This document shows positions 13,646-26,230 of a stretch of DNA of 64,000 nt, piece by piece; positions within the stretch are counted from its first letter, which is position 1; each line of letters begins with the position of its first letter. The DNA is taken from assembly GCF_036321535.1 (NCBI RefSeq), contig NC_087447.1, forward strand, positions 52,454,001 through 52,518,000. Reading direction: 5' to 3'. The notes under the pieces were generated by a model. The model searched no databases. It saw only the letters and a list, made by a program, of their open reading frames with translations, and was not told where the DNA came from. Position numbers and translations under genes: made by a program. The stretch comes from Camelus dromedarius. Its lineage: Eukaryota.

Positions 13646-14943
13646 GAAAGTCTATGGTGGTTTGAGCTCCATTTAATACTTTAAAACACTGCTGGTGGAT
13701 ACTGCTTTGGTGAGAAAGTTGGCAGGGGCTGGTCAGGCAAGAATTTATTTGCTGAGTGCCCACCGCATGCTTGCTGCCCTCTGTAAGCTGCCCAGGTAGA
13801 TGGGTGGTGACAGTGCTACCAGGCATGTGTGAGGCTGTGGAAGAGACTGTGAACAGGGAACACTTGACTTGGAACCTGAATCAATGTGGAATGATGAAAG
13901 ATGGGGCCAACAAAGTCAGGGGGGTGGAGTGGGGGGTCTTGATGCACAGAAACTTGGACTTGAGTCCATGACCCAGTGAATGGGGGCTCAGCTGTCTCTT
14001 CTCCTGCCTAGGGCATCCTGGGGATGCTCTCAGAAGGGGAGAGACACCCACCCCCTCGCCATCCTGAGCGCTCTACAGAGGGTAGGCTCTGGCCTGGCTG
14101 CGGACTCAGTTCCCGCTGCAGAGATGCGGGCATGGAGGCAAGCAGCCACGGACAGTTAATGAGTGATTTATTGATGCTGCCACACAGTAGCTTTCCTGGG
14201 ACCTGTTCCTAATTAACAACCACTAACTGGATGATATCTTTTTCTTTTTTTCCAAAGCAAAAACAGGCCCCCAAAGCCTTTTTTCCCCATCTTAGTGGGC
14301 GGAAAGAAGTTACCTTTGCCTGCTGCCTGAGTCTAAAATACAATAGGTACTTGGTGGAGACCCCCACCCGCTCCCTCCCTCAGGTGCAGACACACACAGA
14401 CACCTCCTCACGCAGTCAGATCTGTGCACCCTTGCTCACGGGATCCCCACGGCGTCACATTTATTCCTCCTCTAGCGTAATGACACCGGCATTGTCATGT
14501 AGCCATCCCCCAACACGGTACATACATCTGTACTTTATACTTGAGTCGCACACATGCTGAAAGCAGCATGCCCAGCAAGGGACTTGCACACAGCCGCACA
14601 CCTCCCGTGGTTACAGGCAAGGCCACAGGGTCACCCACACGGTCTCAGGCAGGAATGAATCTTCTCTGCGGCATCCACATCTCCAGGGAAGGGGCTCCCT
14701 CCCTCAGAAGAGGCCTAGGATTTGGAGCCCAGATCCGGCTTGCTTGGCTGTGAGGTGGTACATGTTGGGGAGAGGGAGGGGACGTGCAGTCAGGCCTTGG
14801 GGGCCCTGTGGTCTATCATTTAGGCTAAAATGGTTTCTCCTGCTTATAGTTCCCAGGGTACTAAGAAGCTGCAGATTCACTCAGGAGCCAGGCTGCTGTG
14901 TGGCAGTGAGGCCCAAGATAGTGCCTGGAACCTAACAGGCATG

Positions 14944-15689
14944 TGTTATGGATGGAATTGTAAAAAGGTATGCTGAAGTCTGCTGTAGACTGAATGTTGT
15001 GTGCCCCACCCCCTCAAATTCATATGTTGAAATTAGGAGGTGGCGTCCGTGGGAGGTGATTAAGTCCTGAGGGTGGAGCTCCTTGTAAAAGAGACCCCCT
15101 CTGCCACTTGAAGCCACAGTGAAGCCAGAGCCGGCCTTTGCCAGACACCCAATCTGCACACACCATGACCTTGGACTCCAGCCTCCAGAACTCTCAGAAA
15201 TAAATGCCTGTTGTTTAGTCACCCAGTTGATGGCATTTTTTTTTTTTACAGCGGCCCGAACAGACTAAGACAAAGTCCTAACCTCCAGTATCTCATAATG
15301 TGACCTTATTAGGAAATAGGGTCACAATTGATGTTGATTAGTTAAGATGAAGTCACACTAGAGTAGAGTGGGCCCCTAACTCAATAGGACTGATGTCCTT
15401 ATAAGAAGACAGCCATGTGAAGACAGAGACACACAGGGACGATGCCCAGGGACACTGAAGGCAGAGATTGGAGCGTGCAGTGCAAGCCGGGAAGGCCAAT
15501 GATTGACAGCAGCCCGTCGGAAACTAGGATGAGACAAGGAAGGGTTCCCCTCCAGGTCTCAGAAGGAACGTGGCCCTGTCAGTCAGTACCTTGGTTTAAA
15601 TGTCTAGAACTGTGATGGGATACATTTCTGCTGTTTTAAGGCACCCAGGTTGTGGTAGTTGGTGACAGCAGCCGTACAAAATGAATACA
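14944..15689 (+). mobile_element. MLT1B/C-like MaLR solo LTR interrupted by a second LTR
   Basis: Begins TGTTATGG and ends ...AATACA, flanked by gcatg/gcatc. Internal gtgaccttatt.ggaaatagggtc and gatgtccttataagaaga. Confidence 0.8.
14981..15272 (+). mobile_element. MLT1A-like solo LTR nested in the previous element
   Basis: TGCTGTAGACTGAATG...GACTAAGACA with a perfect 5-bp TSD AAGTC (14976-14980 and 15273-15277). Confidence 0.85.
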
Positions 15690-16489
15690 GCATCCAACAA
15701 GTATTAGTTCCCTTCCCCTGTTGGCTCTTTCTGGGCCTCAGTCTAGAACTTAGAAGCACGGAACTATAAGATCAGTCTAGAACATGATCACTCCTCAGGA
15801 GGATGCTGTGAGAAGCCCTTCCAAACCGTACACAGTAATGGAACGTCATGCGTCAGGTCCTGATTAGACTGAGCTAGATAAATACACCATGGTCTTGCCT
15901 AGAGCTACATACATCTGTGAAAATGTTTCTAGATAAAAACAAAATGGACCACTGAAAGAAAAATAACACCTCTGGCCAAGGGGCCAACTTCAACGTGTTT
16001 TCCAATCTCCCCCCCTTCCCTCAACCCATAAGCAATGCTGAACTCTGAAGGGGATGGCAAGGCTCACCGTCACTCCGACTTAAAGGTTCCCCCCAGTTCT
16101 GAGCTATAGATATTGTTTCATTAAGACATCATCGTGGTAGAAAACAAAGCTAATCAATAATGGGCAGCTCTTTTCATAGGGATCAGCCAACTGTGCAGGA
16201 ATGAAAAATGGACCCAGCTCAGCCTTCTTCCCTGGGGAGGCCAGGACGGGCTCACCGGGCTGGGGCTGTGACTGCAGCTCCCAGGAACCACCACCCCTCA
16301 CTAGGGCCTGGAGTCCTGCAGCCTGTGACATTCTGTGCTGCCCCAAACTCCCTGTCGGCAAACACACTTTGGATTTGCCTCAGAGAGGCCATACTCTTTG
16401 GACTAATACCAACCTCAGCTACAGCTTAGCAAGCCATCCCTGTCATTGCCCACGTGTGCCTCCATGTCAAAGAGGGCTTGTGGAGGTGA

Positions 16490-16720
16490 GAAAAACACTG
16501 GTTTTGGAGTCAGGGAGGTCTGTGTTTGAATTCAGTCTCTACCACTTACTAGATGGGTGGCCTTTAGGAAGTCACTCAACCTGTCTGAGCCTCTATTTCC
16601 TTATCTGCCAGGAACCAAAATATCAATCTTGCTGAGATATTAAGAGGATGAAACAAAATTATATATTTAAGGAGGCTCATCTGGTACCTGACCTATAATA
16701 AAGACTCAATAAAAAACGTT
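16490..16720 (+). mobile_element. MIR SINE
   Basis: ctaccacttactagatgggtggcc...ctgagcctctatttccttatctg. Confidence 0.7.
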
Positions 16721-16929
16721 TATTATTCATTGAGTACATATATATTAAATAAGTAATTATTTAAGAGTACTTAATTAATTAATACAATAGAACTTCTTAC
16801 AAAGTAAGGAATTTTCATTATTATTTTCCCAGGGCACTGGGATTTATCATGCGACAGGCCACTGAAGGGTCCTGAAGCCAGCTGTCATCCTGGGGCACTG
16901 GGTCTGTGCCTTGGTCTTTCAGTTTGGGA

Positions 16930-17496
16930 TGAGAAAGACAAAAGTAGTTCCTGACAGCCAGGACTGGCCTGGCCCTCACAGCGAGGTGATGGCTTTCCTC
17001 TGTTGAATATAAGCAGTTTCACACACCAGCTTCAGACGGGGGACCTGTGACCGTGATGGTTCTGGACAAAGGCAAGGTCACTCTGCTATCATGTCTGAAC
17101 TCAGACAAAAACCAAAAATTGTCCAAACCACAAAATGACCAAAGAGTCCCCATCCTGGCTACTGTAAGTAACTGCTGCTTCTTTTCCAATTACCACTTTA
17201 ACCTCACTTCATCTTTCCTGCCTTCTCCATACAATTTATTAAGACACCCAGTCACGGACTCACCCTTGCTTCCTGACAGTATCTGATCCAGAGCAAAGCT
17301 CCTCACTTCCTTGAACCCAGCTGCCCCCAAGTCATCTAACACAAGGCCACATCCTGTATGTCCTTTCCAACACCCTTTACTGAGATACCCAGCGACTCCC
17401 CGCAGTGTGTCTTCCTTCATTGCAAAGAGTCAATAAACCCATCTTGGTTCAACCACAGGTATGTTTCCTGGTCATCTCTGGCTGGAAGGCGTTAAA
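16930..17496 (+). mobile_element. ERV1-class solo LTR
   Basis: Starts with TG, has AATAAA at about 17432, and is flanked by a 4-bp TSD GGGA (16926-16929 and 17497-17500). Confidence 0.65.
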
Positions 17497-18330
17497 GGGA
17501 TGTGGATGCTGCCCTGCCCTAGCCTCGAAGCCAATTTGTGGCACAGACGGCCTGGGACTTCTTCACGCCTGATCACAGGTAAATCTTTTCCCATAGCCTA
17601 TTTTCCATATCACATAGGACCCACAGCCTCCAAGCTGCCTTTTGCCATTAGAACTCCTGAAAACTGCTTTCCAGGATTGGTAGGTGTGAGAGGCCAGCGT
17701 GGTGGATGTTCTTCTTCCTGTAGTCCTTTCCCAGCCCTCCCTGAATGGGTGCTCAGAGCTGCAGGAGGCCTTAGGGAGCATTTGTTCAGTTGCCTAAGCA
17801 GGGCCGGATTTCTCCTGCTGGTTCTCTGCCTGTGGCCACCCAGGATCATTGACGGCAGTCACATAACACTCTGCAGGATACTGCCCAGCTTTGCCTGTCT
17901 TTTTACACCATGAGCCCCTGGGGCCAGAGACAAGGTCTGCTTCACTTCCGCATTCACATGGCACAGACACACTGCCTACCATGTGCTCCTGGAAGGATGC
18001 CCGCGTGGACCCAGCACCTGCTCAGTCACTGAGCCTCACGACTCCCTTTCCCCAAGCCCTAATCCATCAATACCACTATGGACCAACTAGCTTTGCCCAC
18101 TGTGAGGTCATTTAACATATTTTTCTTTTTTCTGTAAGATCTATCATTTACTTTGTCTTCTCTTTCATTCCCAGCACTTGTAGTGAGCATTCTTGATCAA
18201 GCAATTTCTTAAAGTTTATCACTGAATAACCAAGAGAGGAAAAAGGACTACACAGCTATCCTGAGAAGTCTACGCTTGGTGAGTGGCTAGAGATACTCAC
18301 TAGTTAAACAGGAGGGGAGGACAAGACGCT

Positions 18331-18848
18331 TGTGCAGAAAAGAGCCAGCCCAGCGGGCCTAAGATCCTTAGAAAGGCTGGCTCTTGGCTGGCATCTGGGA
18401 ACTTGGCTGGTAAACAGTTCCTTCCCTGATACGAAACCTTCTCTGAATGAGAAGGGTGGCTTACTGTGCCTGGACGGTGAGTACAATCACGGGGCTTATG
18501 CTGAATACCTGCTTTCCTCTGAGAGTCTGGAACTTTGGCACATGCTGGGCAGAGGGTACCCGGGATAAAACCTTTGGTCACGGATCTCTCTTGAGCTTCC
18601 CTGGTAGACAGCACTTATGCCATCACAGCTCATTGCTGTGGGATTTGGGGACGTCCCAGATGACTCTGCTAGGAGAGGACTCTTAGAAGCTTGTGCCTGG
18701 TTTCCCCAGATTTCGCCCTGTGGATCTTTGCCCTTTGCTGGTTTGCTGTCTATCCTTTTGCTGTAATAAGTCTTAGCCGTGAGTCCCACTATATGCTGAG
18801 CCCCGTGAGGCCTTTAGTGACTCACAGAGCTGTAAACAGCCCCCGACA
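18331..18848 (+). mobile_element. MER21-like LTR
   Basis: TGTGCAGAAAAGAG...CCCGACA termini; gggcttatgctgaatacctgctttcc; ggagaggactcttagaagcttgtgcctgg. Confidence 0.8.
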
Positions 18849-19733
18849 TAGGCTCCAAGTGCAAAGGTCCACTGTCAGGGCTCAAAGTCAGGGTGTCAGC
18901 TCAGGCACCCTGGACTGAGGAGGCAGTGTGTTAATTTATGAAGTGTCAGGTATTTGTGGTGTTGTGAGCTGTGACACACAGCCAAGTGCCAAGGAAGACT
19001 CTTGCAGAGCTTGTTAGATTGAGTTGGGGGAAAAAAATGACATAATAACTTTCTCCAACTAAAATGCATCTTTTAGCACTAACTCTAGTGCTGAGGCAAC
19101 AAGTTATTGCAAGTTTTGGATGCAGGTAGAAGGAAGGGTAAATCCCTTGGGCTTAAACAGTTTCTCTCCTTTTGCTACCATGCAAAGCTGCAGGGCTGAG
19201 GATGCCCAAGGAGCCTCACTAGTCACGTGCTGTCTAACTTCTGACTTGGCCATTTGGTTCCCATTTGAAGAGCCTCCTCTCCCTTCCCACCGCCCACTTC
19301 AGACCCAGGGTGGTTCCTCTCTCCTCCCTCTGCCATCCCGACAAGCAGCTAGAACGATAAACAATTGCCCTTTCTTTATATGACACTTCAAATCTGGTTT
19401 GTTCCATAGGATTACTTCCTTCTTGGCGGCACATCCAGGAAAGCAATTTGTTTTGTAGTTAATGTGCTACAAAGCAAAGAGCAGCAATCTCAGGTGGGTG
19501 CCAGGCTGCCAAACGATGGAAGGAAAAGTCCTCCTCGGTGTTTGGAATATAAAGGCGTTGGTTATTTCTTTGAAGGGAAGTTTCTTCCAGAACAGACAAC
19601 CTGGGCTGAGATCCTTCTCACAGAGCAGACTGGGAGGACAGTCAGGCCTGCTGGAGTCTTTTCACACTTGGCCTTGGCAGCTGGGGAACGTGTCTTTGGC
19701 AGAAGGAGCCAGGCTGACCAGCTGCCGTATATT

Positions 19734-20053
19734 CAGGCACACCTCATTTTATTGCACTTGGCAGATATTTCGGTTTTTACAAATTGAAGGCTTGTGGCAA
19801 CCCTGCATTATCAGATGACGATTAGCATTTTTTAGCAATAAAGTATTTTTAATTTATGGTATGTATATAAAATTTTTCGAAATAATGCTATTGTACAGTT
19901 AGTAGACTACAGTACAGTGTGAATATAACTTTTACATGCACTGCAACACCAAAAAAAAAACAAAAACCAAAACTGTGTGACTTGCTTTACTGCAGTATTC
20001 ACTTTATTGCAGTGGTCTGCAACCAAATTTGCAGCATCTCTGGGATGTGCCTG
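19734..20053. mobile_element. Internally deleted Tigger1 (Tigger1a_Art-like) MITE
   Basis: Terminal inverted repeats caggcacacctc...gggatgtgcctg; tttttacaaattgaaggcttgtggcaaccctgca; ttagcattttttagcaataaagta. Confidence 0.85.
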
Positions 20054-20264
20054 CAGCTGTGAACGGCAGTACGTGGGTACGGGGTCAGAGGGACCTGGGG
20101 TTGAATCTCATCTCTGCCACTTTCCGCTGTGTGATCCCAGCGCACTTTCAAACAACAATGAGACTTATATTCACCTCAAAGGTGGTTGCCAACATCAAAC
20201 AAAATGTGCAAACACTTTGTAAATCACAAAATGCTGTACAACTGATGACAACAACAACACTATA

Positions 20265-20495
20265 GCTTACACAGCACTACTTGTGTACCAAGCACTATTC
20301 TAAGTGCCTTAACTCTATACACTCATTTAATTCATCACCACACAATGAGGCAGACAGTAGGAGCATCCCCATTTTACAGGTGAGGACACTGAGGCATGGA
20401 GAGATTAAAAAACTTGCCTTGCGTAACACAAGGTAAGAGAGTTAATAAGCAGAAGAGCTGGGGTTCAAACTCAGGCAGTCCAGTCCAGAGTCTGT
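20265..20495 (-). mobile_element. MIR SINE
   Basis: cccattttacaggtgaggacactgaggcatggagagattaa. Confidence 0.8.
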
Positions 20496-20728
20496 GCTAA
20501 TAAATGTGAGCTGCTGTTTTTTTTTTTTTTTTGGAGGGGGTGGTCTAGCATGTTGGCACCTTTTGAATCCACAAAAACACTGTCTGTCATTCACTCAAAT
20601 TGTTGCATTCCTGTCTCCATGTGGCAACGTGACCAGGGGTAAGAGCTTTGGATTCCAATCGTCCTGGGTTAGGTACCAGCTTTGTGAACTCTTGGCTGGC
20701 AATTTACTTAAAGTAAGCTTTTGGGGCC

Positions 20729-21080
20729 TGTCTTAGTCAGTTTGGGGAATCACAGACCTGGTGGTGTTAACAGCAGCAAGGTATTTTCTCACAGTTCTGG
20801 AAGGTGCCAGCACACTCAGGTTCTGGTGAGAATTCTCTTCCCGGCTTGCAGACGGCAGCCTTCTTGCTGTGTGCTTACATGGATTTTCTTCAGTGTGTGC
20901 ATGGAGGTAGCAATCTCTCTCTCCCTCTTCCTAAAGCACTAATCCCATCAGGAGGGCCCCAACCTCAGGGACTCACCTAAACTTAATTACCTCCCAAGGG
21001 CCTCATTTCCAACTACCATCACATTAGGGGTTAGAGCTTCAACATGTCAATTTAGGGAGAAACACAGTTCCATCCATGGC
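20729..21080 (-). mobile_element. MLT1A-like solo LTR inserted into a MIR
   Basis: tgtcttagtcagtttggg...cactaatcccatca...ggggttagagcttcaacatg. MIR halves lie on both sides. Confidence 0.75.
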
Positions 21081-22409
21081 CTAGGGGGCCCCAATTTCAT
21101 CATCCACAGAACGGGAAAAACAAACTCTATCTAATGGGCTGATGTCCTTATCTGAATCGGGAAAGGTATTTGCCACCTCTGATCTCTCCCTGCTTTAAAC
21201 CTTTTCTGTGGTTTCTTATGACCTTCAGGGGAAAGGGTAAACTCCTGAGCCAGAGGTTCAGAACCATCTTCCACCACGTTGAAGCCCAGCTTTGCTCTCT
21301 GGCCTCACCTCTGAATTCCCACAGGATCAACCATCACACACATCTTGCTATTTCCTAAACTCCACACAGGCGGGAGGCAGACCTGGGGCTAGCTGACTGC
21401 TCCTTTTCTTCAGCACTGCTCATCCGAGGAGGTTGGGTCTGTCAATTTGGAAAGAGTCTGGGGAAGGTCCGGTCCTCTCTGAGACCTCTTCCCAAAAGTG
21501 GTATTTTGTGGGGTTTGCATGGAGCCTGCTTCCAGGGGTAATCACCATCACCCTCTCCCCAGTGTGGTTCATGTACCAAACCCATAGGGAACCCCACAAG
21601 CCTGTCCTCACCCTTTGCTCCACATGCTTCCCCCCAGCCCAAAGTCAAAGCAAAGAAAGTCATGTCTACATTGTTGTCAATCTGCCTGGGTATGAAATTG
21701 AATTTGCAGCAAGGATCCATGGGTTGGCGGAAGCCAAATTCTATCTTACAGGCTAGCTGCACATGGTACTCATGTCTCTTTGCCCTGGGTTCCTCTCCAG
21801 TTGCCTTTGTGCTGATCAGAGAGATTCAGCCGGTTACAAGAACCCAGCTTATAACCCTTCCTGCCCCCTGTATCCTCCTAAGTCAGCTCATCCTGTTTGA
21901 GGTGCTTTTCCAGCTGCCCATAGCTATTAAAGGGCTTATCAGTCACCGGATGGCTATTTACATAGGAAGGAGCTGGGAAGGCAGAGGGAGAGATGGCCAG
22001 GTCTGTCATTTTAAGTCACATGGATCCCAGAGCCCAGCTTCATTTAACTGAATCATGAGGCCCTGCCCAGACAGACACTCATTCTCTGTAAGGGGATCCT
22101 GCTATGTGCCAAGTAGCCTCTTTTAAACTTATTATTATTATTATTATTATTGTCATTTTTACTGAATTCCACAGTAAGAAATACATTGTACACGATAATG
22201 CAGTCAGTACAGGTGCTGTATGTAAAGTATAACTGAAATAAAAATTCACAAAATTATCCTGACTTTGTGCAACAGATTCATTTCTGCTGTTCTCTGGTCC
22301 AGTCACTGTTATTAATGTAAATGATGGTGTTGAGTTGCAGCATTTGTTTTGTGTCCAGTTAGGATCCACAGGTGGGAAAATGAAGCCCTGGATTCTCCTG
22401 TGCACACTT

Positions 22410-22720
22410 ACTTTCAAGCTCTTAACAACTTTAGGAAGTAGACACGTATTCAATCCCATGTTCCAGATGAAGAAATTGAGGTTCAGTGAGATTCAGTCAT
22501 TTACACAAAATCACCCAATTCCTGAGTGGCTGAGCTGGGATTCTGAGTGTGACTCCAAAGCCCATTCTCCGGCCCTGCTATCTTGTGCCTGAGATTCCAA
22601 TGACTTCTTTGGCTGATGGGAACACTAACGTCCAGAGAAAAGTAACTTGCTCAAAATCACAGTGGGTCTGATGACCAAGCCTAAAATTAAAACCAGATTC
22701 ATCCCTGGACTCCTCACCAC
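22410..22720 (-). mobile_element. Two adjacent MIR fragments
   Basis: cagatgaagaaattgaggttcagtgag; gtaacttgctcaaaatcacag. Confidence 0.6.
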
Positions 22721-23789
22721 AGCGCTGGAACTAAGCTCCTGTGGGCAGGAGGCTCTTTCCCACCATCAGGTTACTCCCTTTCTTCCTCAAAGTCATCCTG
22801 GGTTATATGAAGTTGAAACCGGCCAAGAGCCACTCTCCCTGGATAAAGGTGAACTTCCAAAAGGAAACAAGGCCTTGCAAATGTCTTGGTAGGAAGGTTG
22901 TCACTGTGCATATCATTGCTTCCACTGGAACTGAAAGTCATGTTGGCTCAAATTAAAAGCAAAACTCTGGTTTTGCTTTTAAGCAAAAAGCCTCTCTGCA
23001 CACACAGCAAGTCCTCACCTAGTTTCAAGAATGCAATCTATCTTATTTTAGTGTAGCTTTGAATCTCCCGGTTTCTTCTTCCCTCCTCCCAGTTCAGAAG
23101 CAGGATGCGCCTGTATTAGCACGTAATGCCCACCAGGGAGCGCTGCAGAGCGCACCAGTGGGGAGTGGTTTTGGGGTGTCTGTAAAGTGCCCTAACAAGG
23201 CACTCACAAGAACGTTAGTGGCTGTCAGACACCAGCTCCAAGATCACAAGCAATCCCAGCAGAGGTGGTGCTGTGGAGAGGACGCCCCAAGTCAGACTTG
23301 AGCAAGGCAGTTTGGGGCAGCTAAGCATAAAGGCAGGCTGGAATTACGGACACAGGGAAGCCAAGATGATAACAGAAGGATAATGTCGAGTCTCCTGTGG
23401 GCAGCATGGAGAGGCTGGGAGCGGGAGTCGGGCAGCAAGCTCAGAAACCAAGACGTTCAGTAGCAGGATGGAGCCAGTACAGTATGAGGATTGGGCAAGG
23501 GGTGTGGTCCAGGACGAGGCCGTGAGCTAAGTAAGAGATAGCGGGGAGTGGCATGGGACAAGCCAGTGCTATAGGACCCTGCTGCTGGGCTGAAGGAGCT
23601 GTGAGGTGGGGAGAAGGGTCAGAAGTGAGCCCCATTTTGGTCACAGAACCGAAGAACACTGAGGTCTTCCTTACTGCTAATGGGGCCCTAGGGTGGGGCA
23701 GGGAAGGGCAGGGAAGGGCAGCTCGGTCCCCTCACCAGGTACAGAGCCCACCCTCACCACCTCCATGCCTCCTCCTGGCCTGAGCCCCC

Positions 23790-24335
23790 ATGCTTTTTCC
23801 AGGTTACCGCAGTAGCCTCCTACTTCAACATAGCCCACTAGTGCGCAACACTGCCTCCAGAACCATCCTGTCCAAGTATTAGTCAGACCCAGTCACTCCG
23901 CAGCTCAGAGCCTCCGGGGGCTTTCCATGCAATGGCCTGCTCCATGCCCCCTCTGACCTCCCCACTCCAGCCACCTGGCCTCTTGATGCTTTGAAACAAG
24001 CCAGACACTCTCCTGCCTCAGGGCCCTGGTACCTGCCCCTTCTTCCGCCAGGATGGCTCTTCTTCCAGAAATCCTCACAGCCAGCACCCTCACCCATCTC
24101 ATGTGCCGTCCTCTCAGTGACACCTCCTCTGGCCACTATATTTAGAACTGCAAGCCCTCCCCCACCCAGCACTCCCTGCCCCTCTCCATAACACTTACCA
24201 TCTTGAAACATCCTATATAATTTAGTTTTTAACTTATCATCAGTCTCCCCATTGAGGAGTGGGCAGTTTTGTCTGTTTTGATCATGCTGGAATCCCAATA
24301 CCTGAAACAGTAGGTGCTAACAAATCATTGTTAAA
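23790..24335 (+). mobile_element. L2a-like 3' fragment
   Basis: cagacactctcctgcctcagggcc...ctccccattgagg...gtctgttttgatca...cagtaggtgctaacaaat. Confidence 0.7.
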
Positions 24336-24827
24336 TTATAGGGAATTCACCTGTCTATCCTTCCCTCCCAGCACATTCTGCCCCCATGTTCCCACTCACA
24401 CACCTATGTCCCAGCCTCATGGGCCATACCTGACATTGTCCACCTCCATGCCTTCATCCACCCAGAATGCCCTTTCTTCCCCTTCCTGACCTGTTAAAGT
24501 CCCTCCCATCCCTCAAAGCCCAGGGACCAGCACTTCTTCCATAAACCCATCTCAGATTCCTACTGCTTGAAATTTTTCTCTTAAAACTTTGCAATACCTA
24601 CATTAAATGTCTTTTCTCTGGCACGTCACAATTAGAGGGTGGCCTGGTATGATCTCTAGGTTCTGATTAGCTCTACCAGACTATGGATTCAATTTCTTTT
24701 CTGGCAGTTTCTGACACTGACAAAGAAGTTTATATTCTGGATACAGCTAGAATCATCTCCCAGATGGTATATATTTTATTAGTGTTGAGCTAATAAAAAC
24801 ATGTTTCTATAAAACAGAACAAACTGG

Positions 24828-25090
24828 AGAGTGCAGTGGTCAAGAAAGGAAATGGACAGTGGAGCAGGGCAGATTGAGATTCAAATCCTGGCTCTGCCAC
24901 TTGTTAGATGTGCCACATTCAGCAAGTCACCTAACCTCTCTGAATCTTAGTTTTGTTTTTTTTCCCTTCATTCTTTTTTTGATGTTTTAAATTTTATTTT
25001 TTATTTTTATTATTTTAGGGGGTGGTAATCAGGTTTGAATCTTAGTTTTCTTGACTAAGAAGTGGGGAAAGGTTAAGAATCAATGGGCTT
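24828..25090 (+). mobile_element. MIR interrupted by a short retroposed insertion
   Basis: ttcaaatcctggctctgccactt...gcaagtcacctaacctctctgaatcttagtttt. Confidence 0.75.
24955..25035 (-). mobile_element. 5'-truncated retroposon (Vic-1-like SINE tail only)
   Basis: 81-nt A-rich insert (aacctgattaccaccccctaaaat...) between perfect 14-bp TSDs tgaatcttagtttt (24941-24954 and 25036-25049). Confidence 0.7.
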
Positions 25091-26039
25091 GTTGTCTCCA
25101 AGATTCTAAGCTCCCAGATTCTCAGATGCTCTGACTCTACCAGACCCTTCTCAAACCTTTTTGGGACTAGAAGGCTTACAGTCCTCCTTACATGACTAAC
25201 TCTGTCCAGTAAGTGTCTAATTCCCTGAAAACACTGGGCACTTTTGCATTCTGGGAGGGAGTATGGGCTTGCTCACAGGGCAACAAGGATAGTCAAATAT
25301 ACGGGTGTAATCCCCATTCTAGCTGAAGGAACCCAGCTCCTGGTCCTAGAAAATGGAGCCTGGTGCCCAATGACTCGGCAGCTGCAGAACTCTGACTGCT
25401 TAGGGAATTCATGACAGTTTAAAACTCTGTAAGAATAGCTAAGTCTCATGAGCATGTGGCCAGGGAGGGTAGAGGATAAACGGAGTTAAATTGGTAATGA
25501 ACTTCTTTCTCACTGTGCTTGGAGATGCTCACCTAATCTACTGACTCTCAGTAAGCAATTTGGCTGCCTAATTAGGTTAACTAGTAATTTCCCTTTTGAC
25601 ACCCAGGCTGCTTGATAATTTGGGGGTAACTGTGATTCTGTTTCAGTGTTTCTTTTCTAACTGAATTTCTCAATTTGCCTCTGGGACTAAAGCTGGGAGA
25701 AAATTCTCACTATTCCCCAGACCCACCATGCCTTTTCATGCCCCCAAGCCTGGTCTCCGGCAATTGCCTCCGCGGGGATGCCTTTCTCAGATCCCTGGGG
25801 CTCAGCGCCATCCCCACTGGCCTTCAAGCCCAGGTGCCTAGTGAGCAGAAAGAAGGAATGAGCCTTTGTACCCTAAGGGCAAAATGAATGGCTCCTTTTA
25901 CTGTCATCTCACAGCTCTTTAAACAATTAATATTAATAGCTAGCATGAATTAAGGATCAACACCGCTTGGCAAATGTTATATAGTACAGGCTTCCGGCCA
26001 CACTTCAAGGAAGAAAGAGGACATACTGTCTTTGTACTT

Positions 26040-26230
26040 TGTTACTATTGTGGTAAAACATACAGAACCCTTTTAACCATTTTTAAGTGTACAATGTGGC
26101 AGCATTAAGTCCATGCATGTTGTTATGCAACCATCACCACCATCCATCTCCAGAACATCTGCATCATCCCAAACTGAAACTCGATACCCATTAAACACTA
26201 ACTCCCCATTTCCCCCCTCCCAGCCTCAGT
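26040..26230 (-). mobile_element. L1MB-like 3' fragment
   Basis: ttttaaccatttttaagtgtaca...gcaaccatcaccaccatccatctccagaac...cccattaaaca. Confidence 0.75.
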
